DNA of 24,630 nt, from the NCBI GenBank assembly GCA_965649215.1, contig CBFGJZ010000025.1, positions 1 through 24,630 on the forward strand. The letters run 5' to 3'. This document shows positions 1-8,539 of the stretch, in pieces. This DNA is from a candidate division WOR-3 bacterium (GTDB lineage Bacteria; Hydrothermota; Tepidihabitantia; Tepidihabitantales; CAIPLT01). The notes beneath the pieces were generated by a model. The model searched no databases. It was not told the DNA's origin and saw nothing but the letters and a program-made list of their open reading frames with translations. Numbering within the stretch: the stretch's first letter is position 1; every line of letters starts with the position of its first letter. A program made the translations under genes and the position numbers.

Positions 1-3000
1 GATTCAGCAGGTAATGTATTACAAGCCAAAATCGGTTATGGTCAATATACTGAAATTGCAACTTCGATGATTAAAACAATATCGGAACCCGGCTACATTT
101 TGACTGGTTGGACCAGAGATTTTGGGGGGCAAGCTCGGAAAGCCAATATATTCGTAATAAAATTAAATTTGGATTTGAGTGTTGCTTGGGGAAGAATCTA
201 TTCTTCGGCAGGTGCTTATGAAGACCGGGCATATTCAATAATTGAATTGTCACCAGTACTCGCTCCCACGGGTGGTTATGCAGTGGTTGGTTGGACTGAA
301 TCAGCAACTCCGCAACCAGGATTAGTACTGATGCAGTTAGATTTATCAGGCAATCAAGTTGCGACAAGAATATATCATCGTCGCACTTGGTGGCAACCTT
401 CTCCAATTCTGACACCAACCGAAGGATATGATTTAGTTGAAGTGTTACCGGCACCAAATGTACCGGCTGGTGGTTTAGCAATAACTGGTCGCACAATGCA
501 TCCTATGTATCCAGGAACATATGATGCTTTTACAATGCTTGTTAATCATACGGGAAGTGTTGTTTGGTTTATTACAATTACAGGGACTTATGATGATGAA
601 GGATATTCGATTATATTTGATAATGACCCGGCCGGACCTTTTGTGGTTAGTGCGGGTTGGACAAATAGTTTTGGACCTGGCACAGGCGGCGGTGCCCAAG
701 GACCAGCAAATGTCTTTATCTGGAAAATTAGCATACTCGGCATTGAACTATGGAAAAACGCATATGGTCTGGAAACCGGTGATGAGAAATTAATGGATGA
801 GCAAGGATTATTAAGAACCACGGATGGTAATTATGTAATCGCCGGTTGGACCAATAGCACTGGACCAGGTATTCCTAATTCCAATTTCTGGATGATGAAA
901 GTCATGAGTAATGGCATTATAATGTGGTCAAAAGCACATCCGAGCATTCCTGGTTCTGGAAATGAACAGGCATTTCCAATAATCGAAACTTTTAGCTCAA
1001 TGGGTGCACCAACTGGTTATGCAGTGGTTGGTTGGACTGACAGTCCTGAATTCGTGATTGGACAAGAAGATTTTCATTTTGTAACATTAGATCCAACTGG
1101 TTCTCGACCGCGGTGTGTGCTTGAAGCACCGGTTGCGATGTTAACAATCCCATACAGCGAACCTGAGACCGCAGTGTTTTATATAGAACCATTTGATTAC
1201 ACAATAATAACCTTACGCGATACAATTGTGCAGTCACACGAGATATGCGGTTCAGTTGATACCAATGATGTTGGACCGACTGGTATTTTCTTTACGCCGT
1301 CTTCACCGTTTGATTCAACAGATATTGTGATCCCTTCTGCGTACTTATACAATTATGGCAATACGACGGTCAGTTATACTGCACAAATGGATATCGGTTC
1401 GTTTTACTCCAGCACTTACAATGTAGTTAACCACGCACCGCAAACAACAATTCAGGCCGACTTTCCGAACTGGACTGATTGGCCAAGGGGAACACATTCA
1501 GTTACTGTTTATACCCAATTAGGTTCAGATGGTAATCGGAGCAATGATACTTTGACAAGTTCAGCAACTGTGCATGTGCATGATGTTGGTACGATTGAGA
1601 TTAATTATCCTACCGGAACTTTAGATTCAACTGCAACTTTTACACCACAAGCGAAAGTTAAAAACTATGGTAATGTGCAAGAGACATTTAATGTTAAATT
1701 TTCAATTGATGGTCCAGTCAAAACAATTTGGAGCGACGATACTACAGTAACAGTTCAACCAGGAAATATTTTAGCAATTGATTTCGCTCCCTGGACAGTT
1801 ATTAGCAGAGGTGATTACACAACTAAATGTTCCACTGCACTTACCAACGATATGGATAATACTAATGATTTTCAAGATAGTGTATTTACAGTTGTAGGTC
1901 AAATGGATCATAATGTTGGGACAGTTGCTATTTATATGCCAACATCAGGGAATATTGATTCGGTTGCCACAATTACGCCACAAGCCAAAGTGAAGAATTA
2001 TGGCACCAGCCAAGAGACTTTTAATGTTAAGTTTACAATTGAAGGACCAACCAAAACAACTTGGACGGACGATACAACTGTGACTGTAAATGCATCTGAA
2101 GAACTTACAATAGATTTTGCATCTTGGACAGTTGGGCCGCGTGGTGATTACACGGCCAAGTGTTCAACCGAACTTTCGACTGATATGTTTAGCGCAAATG
2201 ATAAAAAAGAAGTTTCGTTTACGATTGTGGTTCCGCCGCCAGTTATTTCCGGTTGGGCATTAAAAGAGTCAATTCCGCATCCCCAGGATTTGAAAGCAGG
2301 TAAATATGTCAAAGATGGTGCGTGTATGGCGGTTGAAGATGGGAAAATATATGCATTTCCTGGTAATAAATCATGGCAGTTCTTTAAATATACAAAGGGC
2401 ACGCCAGGGTATTGGACAGTTTTAGAGTCGATTCCTTACGGGCCAAAATCATCTGACCCTACTAAACTAAATAAAAAGAAAGTAGGCAAAGGCGCGGCGA
2501 TGTGTGCCGAAGGCGATAAAATCTATGCAGTGAAAGGAAACGGAACAACCGAATTCTGGGTTTATTATATTAAAGCTGAAGCACCATATCCTGCTGATAC
2601 TTGGATTCAATTGGCATCAGTGCCGATTGACAAAGGATTGAAAAATGGTACGAGTATGCTACATTGGGGTAGAGCACAGGTTCATAAAATTTATCTTTTA
2701 GCAGGCGGAAGGAAAGTAGGAGAGCCCAACTTTTTTGTATATGATATCGCAACTGGTAGTTGGGATACTTTGCCTAATGCACCCACAACACCTGATAATA
2801 AGCCATTTAAAGATGGTAGTTGTATTGTCTTAGCCGATAAGAAAATTTGGGCATTAAAAGGCGGAGGTAAAAATAATTATCTCTACATGTATGATTCAAT
2901 ACCGCAAACTTGGTATTTAATCGAATCGGTTCCACCAATTCATTCAAGCATTGGCAAGAAAAAGAAAGTCAAAGTCGGTGCATCGATGACTGAATGCGAT

Positions 3001-3549
3001 GATTTGATTTACTTAATTAAAGGCGGTGGTTCAGGTGAATTCTGGGCATTTAACCCGGAAGATAGTTCATGGGCAGAAAAAGAGACAATTCCAATGTTAA
3101 ATAATAGTACAAAAAGCGTACCTAAAGCAGGCGCATGTTTAACTACCTTAGATGATAAAGTCTGGCTCTTAAAAGGTAATAATTCAGCCGAGTTCTGGTG
3201 TTATACGCCCGCCCCCAAAGATAAATCAGATATGAATATTCCAATTTCAGATGTTTCGGTAACACTTTCAAGCCCTCAAAACGAGATAATCTCAAGTATA
3301 AGACCATTACTAAGTATCACACCCAATCCATTCACCAAGATAACAACGATTAGTTATGTAGTGCCAAAAGCAGGAAGAGTAAGTTTGAAATTATATAATG
3401 CGACAGGCAGTTTGATTAAGACGATAATTGAGGAATATCACAGTGCAGGAGTACACACCTGTAATCTTTCTAATATCGCAAGCGGTGTTTATTTTGTGAG
3501 ATATACTACTGAAATCTCGAATCAAGAAATTAAATTAGTGGTGAAATAA
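1..3549 (+). CDS. Large secreted/surface protein, 5'-truncated: N-terminal beta-propeller-like repeats, three CARDB/Ig-like domains, kelch-like propeller, T9SS type A-like CTD
   Basis: Frame 1 is open from base 1 (DSAGNVLQAKIGYGQYTEIATSMIK...), so ATG 67 is internal. Motifs: repeats GYAVVGWTES/VSAGWTNSFG/VIAGWTNSTG; three Ig repeats starting DVGPTGI, DVGTIEI, NVGTVAI; kelch-like blades KGNGTTEFW, KGGGSGEFW, KGNNSAEFW; CTD LSITPNPF...LKLYNATG...ASGVYFV...KLVVK. Stop TAA at 3547-3549. Confidence 0.88.
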   Translation, partial: DSAGNVLQAKIGYGQYTEIATSMIKTISEPGYILTGWTRDFGGQARKANIFVIKLNLDLSVAWGRIYSSAGAYEDRAYSIIELSPVLAPTGGYAVVGWTESATPQPGLVLMQLDLSGNQVATRIYHRRTWWQPSPILTPTEGYDLVEVLPAPNVPAGGLAITGRTMHPMYPGTYDAFTMLVNHTGSVVWFITITGTYDDEGYSIIFDNDPAGPFVVSAGWTNSFGPGTGGGAQGPANVFIWKISILGIELWKNAYGLETGDEKLMDEQGLLRTTDGNYVIAGWTNSTGPGIPNSNFWMMKVMSNGIIMWSKAHPSIPGSGNEQAFPIIETFSSMGAPTGYAVVGWTDSPEFVIGQEDFHFVTLDPTGSRPRCVLEAPVAMLTIPYSEPETAVFYIEPFDYTIITLRDTIVQSHEICGSVDTNDVGPTGIFFTPSSPFDSTDIVIPSAYLYNYGNTTVSYTAQMDIGSFYSSTYNVVNHAPQTTIQADFPNWTDWPRGTHSVTVYTQLGSDGNRSNDTLTSSATVHVHDVGTIEINYPTGTLDSTATFTPQAKVKNYGNVQETFNVKFSIDGPVKTIWSDDTTVTVQPGNILAIDFAPWTVISRGDYTTKCSTALTNDMDNTNDFQDSVFTVVGQMDHNVGTVAIYMPTSGNIDSVATITPQAKVKNYGTSQETFNVKFTIEGPTKTTWTDDTTVTVNASEELTIDFASWTVGPRGDYTAKCSTELSTDMFSANDKKEVSFTIVVPPPVISGWALKESIPHPQDLKAGKYVKDGACMAVEDGKIYAFPGNKSWQFFKYTKGTPGYWTVLESIPYGPKSSDPTKLNKKKVGKGAAMCAEGDKIYAVKGNGTTEFWVYYIKAEAPYPADTWIQLASVPIDKGLKNGTSMLHWGRAQVHKIYLLAGGRKVGEPNFFVYDIATGSWDTLPNAPTTPDNKPFKDGSCIVLADKKIWALKGGGKNNYLYMYDSIPQTWYLIESVPPIHSSIGKKKKVKVGASMTECDDLIYLIKGGGSGEFWAFNPEDSSWAEKETIPMLNNSTKSVPKAGACLTTLDDKVWLLKGNNSAEFWCYTPAPKDKSDMNIPISDVSVTLSSPQNEIISSIRPLLSITPNPFTKITTISYVVPKAGRVSLKLYNATGSLIKTIIEEYHSAGVHTCNLSNIASGVYFVRYTTEISNQEIKLVVK
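1579..2232 (+). repeat. Tandem duplicated Ig/CARDB-like domains (copies 2 and 3) within the large CDS
   Basis: TPQAKVKNYG..QETFNVKF.I.GP.KT.W.DDTTVTV...IDFA.WTV..RGDYT.KCST.L occurs twice. Similarity is visible at DNA level (gagacatttaatgttaaattttcaattgatggtcca vs gagacttttaatgttaagtttacaattgaaggacca). Confidence 0.85.
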
Positions 3550-3565
3550 GTATAAACAAACAATC

Positions 3566-3603
3566 AAACGGGCGGAAGATTAACTGTTCCGCCCGTTTTT
3601 TCT
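3566..3603 (+). terminator. Rho-independent terminator
   Basis: Perfect 12-bp inverted repeat AAACGGGCGGAA (3566-3577) / TTCCGCCCGTTT (3587-3598) with a 9-nt loop, running into a T tract, 16 nt after the stop codon. Confidence 0.9.
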
Positions 3604-3793
3604 TGTTGTAGTTCTGATTGGTATCGCGAAGATTATTACCACCTCATTCATCAAATATTTTAAGATTATGAGAAGAATTTACTATCCATAACACGCTAAA
3701 CTCTAAATTTAATATATTATTAATTACAGACAGAAAAAAGGAAATTATTTGTTAATATTTTTAGCATCTGATTATTGGTTAGATAAATCTTAC

Positions 3794-3822
3794 TTGACTA
3801 TTAGAAAGTTATCCGATACTAT
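3794..3822 (+). promoter_or_regulatory. Sigma70-type promoter, probably giving a leaderless transcript
   Basis: TTGACT (3794-3799), 17-nt spacer, TACTAT (3817-3822). ATG 3828 follows after 5 nt with no SD. Confidence 0.7.
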
Positions 3823-3827
3823 TTTTT

Positions 3828-4334
3828 ATGGATAAAGAGATTACAAAAGATGGTTCTAAATTGTTAAGTTGTTTTGTTGGTTTTCCAACGGTTTTAATTA
3901 CTTGTCAGGAAAATATTATTACAGTTACTTTAATTCATATTTTCTCATTTGCGCCGCCGCTGTTAGGTATTGGAATTAAACCCGAACGATATTCCTATAA
4001 TCTAATTAAAGAGATTGGTGATTTTGTGGTAAATATTCCGACTAAAGAATTGTTAAAGGAGACTAAGTTCTGTGGCACAAAATCAGGTCGTGATTATAAT
4101 AAATTTAAGGAGACTAATTTAACTCCCGAGAAGTCTTTATCAGTTAAAAGTGTGAGTATTAAAGAGTGTCCAGTTAATATCGAATGTAAAGTTGTTCAAG
4201 AAATAGTAAGTGGAGATCGGACATGGTTTATTGGTGAAGTTGTTAATGGTCGCATCAAGCCCGATTATAAAGTTGAAGATTCAATTTTATACTGGCGGGG
4301 TGTCTATCGACTGGCAGGAACTGTTATAAAATAA
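3828..4334 (+). CDS. Flavin reductase-like (flavoredoxin-type) FMN-binding protein
   Basis: Motifs PTVLIT, PPLLGIGIKPERYSYNLIKEIGDFVVNIP, CGTKSGRDYNKF, IKECPVNIECKV, GDRTWFIGEVV. Confidence 0.9.
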   Translation: MDKEITKDGSKLLSCFVGFPTVLITCQENIITVTLIHIFSFAPPLLGIGIKPERYSYNLIKEIGDFVVNIPTKELLKETKFCGTKSGRDYNKFKETNLTPEKSLSVKSVSIKECPVNIECKVVQEIVSGDRTWFIGEVVNGRIKPDYKVEDSILYWRGVYRLAGTVIK

Positions 4335-4337
4335 AAT

Positions 4338-7280
4338 ATGAAAAATCTAAAATTAAAGAAAGAAGTATTGACATGGGAGGGCAATAATTCCCTAAGAATT
4401 TTTTTTGTTTTTTTAATATTAGTTGTTTGTCTTTGGTCTTTCTTTTTTAATATTACTTATGCTCAATATTATTTTAGTAAGAATAAAATCCAATATCAGG
4501 ATTTTCCTTTTAAAACCTATGAAACCGAGCATTTTACAATTTATTTTTACGATGGGGGCGAGAATTTATTAGAGTTTGCCAGTCGATATGCAGAAGAGTT
4601 TTATAATAAAATATCAACTGATTTAGGATTTTCGATAAAAAATAAGATTCCAATTGTGATTTATAATTCACCCAATCAATTCAGTCAGACGAATATTATT
4701 TTGGATATTATTGAAGAATCGGTCGGTGGTTTTTCCGAGCTTTTTAAAAATCGGATTGTCTTACCTTTTAATGGTTCGTATAAAGAGTTTCAAGAAGTGA
4801 TCGATCACGAGATTATCCATATTTTTGAATTTGAGATGTTCTATCGTTCACGCTTGGCTTCCCTATTAAGTTCGGCTTCGGATTTTGTTGTGCCGTTATG
4901 GATTATGGAAGGATTTTCTGAATTTTTATCGAATGAAGGTGAGATTGAAATTAATTCCGAAATTTTTATGCGCGATCTAATACTTAATAATCGATATGTG
5001 CCACTGCAAAACTTACATGACGGTTATGGCTATCTTAATTATCGGATTGGTGAGGCATTCTTCCAATATGTAGCTTTGACTTATGACCGTAAACGAGTGT
5101 TTGAGTTTATGCATAATCTGAAAAACAAACGCAATGTTGAGAGCGCTTTTAAGATTAGTTTTGGAATGTCAGTGGCTGAATTCAATGAGAAATTGGAACA
5201 TCACTTAAAAGTGAAATATTATCCCCAAATTATAAAGAAAGATAATTTTACAGAAATCGCCCGACTTTTAACTAATCACGAAAAAGATAACTCAATTTAT
5301 AATACATCACCAGCAATCTCACCAAGTGGAACAAAGATTGCTTTTATCTCAGACCGTAATGGATATGCAGATGTTTATGTTATATCAGCAGTTGACGGAC
5401 GAGTGCTGAGGCGTTTGGTTAAAGGTGAACGAAGCAGTGGATTTGAGTCGTTTCATATTCTTCGGGGCGGTATGGATTGGTCCAGCGACGAACGGATGTT
5501 GGTTTTGATCGCGAAAAGTAAAGGAAAGGATAATATTGTGATTTTAGATTATCCTTCGGGTCGAGTTAAAAAAAGGCTCAGTTATAATTTAGACGCAATC
5601 TATTCACCTTCTTTTTCAGCTGATAATCAAATGATCTGTTTTGTCGGTATTAAAAACGGTTATGCTGATATTTATATCGCTCGGGTTGATAATGGGGAGT
5701 TAAATCGGATTACTTATGATTATTATGATGATCGAGATCCGATTTTTTCGAAAGATGGCAAACAGATAATATTTGTATCGGACCGACCATCGGATAATGA
5801 TTGGCAGATTGGTGCTTATACTTTGTGCTCAGCAGAGATAAGTTATCCAAGCCATGCTCAAATTAATTTCTTACAATCGGCGAGTAAAAGAGAATATGCT
5901 CTTAATATTAAAACTTTTGAAAATATCCCCAGATCACAGTATTTAGCAAAACCACAAATGAGTGCAAATGATGAATATATAATTTTTGTGGCAGCCGATT
6001 CCGCATATAATCTATATGTTTATTCAATAAGCGAAAAGAGAATTACAAAACGGACTGATTTTATAGGTGGAGTTTATTATCCTTCGCTCACACGCGATGA
6101 TAGACGTTTAGCCATTTCTTACTTTAATAAAATTGGCTGGGATATTGGGGTTATTGATGAGCCATTAAAAAATATTCCTGATTTGAAAACAGATACTTTA
6201 AATTTCGCACCAAAGCACTGGTTGTCTTTTGAAGTTAAGGGCATTGAAAGCAAAAAAATAAATCCGTATAAATTTAATCTCAGTGCCGATTACGCAATTG
6301 GTCAAGCATCATTTTCCACAGGAGGGACTGGCCTTTCTGGTCAATTGGCATTGTCATTCAGTGATGTTTTAGGCAATCATCAGTTCTATTTACTTACTGA
6401 TTTATATCAAAATATAAATTATTCAGATATTTTATTCAGTTATTGGTACTTTCCAAAACGTATTGACTGGGCATTTGTTTTGTTTCAATATTTTGATTAT
6501 CCGGTGGTTGCTCGGGACTATTTACATATTCGGCGCAATCGTGGTTTTGGTGGTCTCGCATCTTATCCGTTAGATAAATTTATGCGCTTTGAATTCAGCA
6601 ATCTTAATTATTTTAATTATAATGAAATCTTAGTTAATATAAATGACCGATGGCAGCCACAAAACAGTTATCACGAACAGAATTTTGTATTATCCGAAGC
6701 ATTTGTTTTTGATAATACAGTTTGGAATAATTGGGGACCATTTCAAGGAACGCGACTGCGATTGGAATCAGAACAGTCCTTAGTTTTTTCGGACCGTAAA
6801 TTTTATACTTCTTATTTGGATTTCCGCAATTATTTTCGACTCGGTAATCGCTATATTTTAGCTAATTGGCTATATGGTATCAGTAGTTTTGGTAAAGACC
6901 GAGATCAGTATGTAATTGGTGGTGAAGTCGTGCGTGGTTATGAATATGATGAGTTTTATGATAATCCTGCGTCAGCCGTAGCATTTTTGAGCTGGGAATT
7001 GCGTCATCCGTTTATTGACCGTTTGAAAATCGCTTTTCCGTTACCAATTGAGTTGCGTAATATTCGGGGTGTGACCTTTTTAGATGCGGGTTCAGTATTT
7101 AATGATTCAACTGTTTTGTATAAGTCAGGAGAAGGATTTAAGGATTTAAAAATCGGTGTTGGTTTTGGAATGCGGATACAAATCTCTTATTTCTTTTTGA
7201 AGTTTGATTATGCTAAGCCATTATCAGCAACGGAAAACAAGAACTGGAAATGGTATTTAAGTTTAGGAACTGATTTTTAA
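4338..7280 (+). CDS. Omp85 (BamA/TamA) superfamily outer-membrane protein with N-terminal peptidase MA (gluzincin)-like domain and PD40/TolB-like propeller
   Basis: Signal peptide followed by QYYFSKNKIQY. HEIIH (4806-4820) plus PLWIMEGFSEF. PD40 repeats PAISPSGTKIAFISDR, PSFSADNQMICF, PIFSKDGKQIIFVSDR. Omp85 loop-6 motif VRGY (6930-6941). Amphipathic strands ending in C-terminal Phe (LSLGTDF). Confidence 0.85.
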   Translation: MKNLKLKKEVLTWEGNNSLRIFFVFLILVVCLWSFFFNITYAQYYFSKNKIQYQDFPFKTYETEHFTIYFYDGGENLLEFASRYAEEFYNKISTDLGFSIKNKIPIVIYNSPNQFSQTNIILDIIEESVGGFSELFKNRIVLPFNGSYKEFQEVIDHEIIHIFEFEMFYRSRLASLLSSASDFVVPLWIMEGFSEFLSNEGEIEINSEIFMRDLILNNRYVPLQNLHDGYGYLNYRIGEAFFQYVALTYDRKRVFEFMHNLKNKRNVESAFKISFGMSVAEFNEKLEHHLKVKYYPQIIKKDNFTEIARLLTNHEKDNSIYNTSPAISPSGTKIAFISDRNGYADVYVISAVDGRVLRRLVKGERSSGFESFHILRGGMDWSSDERMLVLIAKSKGKDNIVILDYPSGRVKKRLSYNLDAIYSPSFSADNQMICFVGIKNGYADIYIARVDNGELNRITYDYYDDRDPIFSKDGKQIIFVSDRPSDNDWQIGAYTLCSAEISYPSHAQINFLQSASKREYALNIKTFENIPRSQYLAKPQMSANDEYIIFVAADSAYNLYVYSISEKRITKRTDFIGGVYYPSLTRDDRRLAISYFNKIGWDIGVIDEPLKNIPDLKTDTLNFAPKHWLSFEVKGIESKKINPYKFNLSADYAIGQASFSTGGTGLSGQLALSFSDVLGNHQFYLLTDLYQNINYSDILFSYWYFPKRIDWAFVLFQYFDYPVVARDYLHIRRNRGFGGLASYPLDKFMRFEFSNLNYFNYNEILVNINDRWQPQNSYHEQNFVLSEAFVFDNTVWNNWGPFQGTRLRLESEQSLVFSDRKFYTSYLDFRNYFRLGNRYILANWLYGISSFGKDRDQYVIGGEVVRGYEYDEFYDNPASAVAFLSWELRHPFIDRLKIAFPLPIELRNIRGVTFLDAGSVFNDSTVLYKSGEGFKDLKIGVGFGMRIQISYFFLKFDYAKPLSATENKNWKWYLSLGTDF

Positions 7281-7303
7281 TAACGATAAGTGTTTTCTCT
7301 CAT

Positions 7304-8539
7304 ATGATAAAGTTAGATCTAAAACGGTGGTATTTATTATTTATTTTATTAGCAGTTAATAGTTGTAGTGTTAAACAATCAGTAATTGTAGAATCTTTCA
7401 GTAAATTACAACCTGAATTATTTCAAGAATTACTTCGAGAGCATCCTGATTCTATTGTTAAATTGGCGCTAATTAATTTACAAAATGCCAATTCTTTTCG
7501 ATATCAATATCAATTCCGTAGCGACCGTCCACATCGCATTAGTGCTTATTTCCAAGGTGCAATAATTTTACCTACTCAAGAAGAACGTAATGGAGAGTAT
7601 GTTGTCAATGATAAGAAAAGGATTGTTAAAATCAAAGCACGGGGTAATTATCAATATCAATATCAAGCAAAGTCAAGGCAGTGGCAACTAAAACCACGGG
7701 ACGAAGAAGGGGATTTATTTATGACCCTTAATCGGGTTATTGCCAATGCTAAATATTATCTAATTGAAGAAAACGAAGCGGCTTTAAAATACACCTTTCA
7801 TCCTAATGTAGCGTTTTTAGACCCCACTTTTAGCACTCAAATTAAAGGGTATATAGTCGTTGATAAAAAATTGGGTCTACCACAAAAGATTTTTGCTCAT
7901 GATAGTTTACAAGTAATATATTGGCAAATTGATTTTTTTGATTTTAATCGAGTCGGCGGAATAAAATTTCCATTTTTACCTAATACTGAATTACAGCTCA
8001 TCAGCACCCAGCGACCTTCGCAAGCTGAAAAGAATAAGATTAGTCAAGCGCTCAAACGCAGATTGGAACTAAGTGGTGAGAGTTTTGAAATTCGAACCAA
8101 GGGTAAGAATCTATTTCTTATCCGATTGGAAATATTAGAGTCAACCTTAGATTTTAGAACTTATGAAAATTTACTGACCGCGATGGGTAATTTAGATATT
8201 CACATTGACAATGAATCACTTCCTTTATTAAATAAGTCTAATATCCAAGAAATTCGGATTTGGAGCTTTGAACCGTATCCCGAACTGGAGTTAAAGTTAG
8301 ATTCAAGTGGTATTGCTTTAATAAATGATGCATTAAAGGAGAAAGAAAAACTTTATGGCAAAGTTTATTTAGATAAGAGAGAGCTTGCAATATTTGATAT
8401 TGACAGATATAATTTTTTAGATAAAATATTCTTTCGTATTTTATCCAATAAAAACGAAGTTATGAATATTTTGGCAATTATAAAAAGTGGTTCGTTGTCA
8501 ACACCACTGGAAATTAAAGAGATAAGGAAATTACGATGA
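7304..8539 (+). CDS. Putative lipoprotein with N-terminal LolA/LppX-like fold and C-terminal soluble SecD P1-like domain
   Basis: Lipobox-like LLAVNS-C. LolA/LppX-like motifs GYIVVDKKLGLPQKI and IDFFDFNRVGGIKFP. C-terminal half has ALKRRLELSG...KGKNLFLIRL, LELKLDSSG...VYLD and NILAIIKSGSLSTPLEIKEIR, resembling SecD P1. No further TM helices. Confidence 0.6.
   Translation: MIKLDLKRWYLLFILLAVNSCSVKQSVIVESFSKLQPELFQELLREHPDSIVKLALINLQNANSFRYQYQFRSDRPHRISAYFQGAIILPTQEERNGEYVVNDKKRIVKIKARGNYQYQYQAKSRQWQLKPRDEEGDLFMTLNRVIANAKYYLIEENEAALKYTFHPNVAFLDPTFSTQIKGYIVVDKKLGLPQKIFAHDSLQVIYWQIDFFDFNRVGGIKFPFLPNTELQLISTQRPSQAEKNKISQALKRRLELSGESFEIRTKGKNLFLIRLEILESTLDFRTYENLLTAMGNLDIHIDNESLPLLNKSNIQEIRIWSFEPYPELELKLDSSGIALINDALKEKEKLYGKVYLDKRELAIFDIDRYNFLDKIFFRILSNKNEVMNILAIIKSGSLSTPLEIKEIRKLR

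Noticed and set aside
67-69. ATG 67 as start of the large protein
   Set aside because: The frame is open back to base 1 and no signal peptide follows ATG 67, so the gene starts upstream of the window.
71-2752. Short alternative-frame and antisense ORFs (71-496, 475-699, 521-793, 588-821, 992-1237, 2148-2402, 2570-2752)
   Set aside because: All lie inside a well-supported CDS and show no recognisable motifs; they are shadow ORFs.
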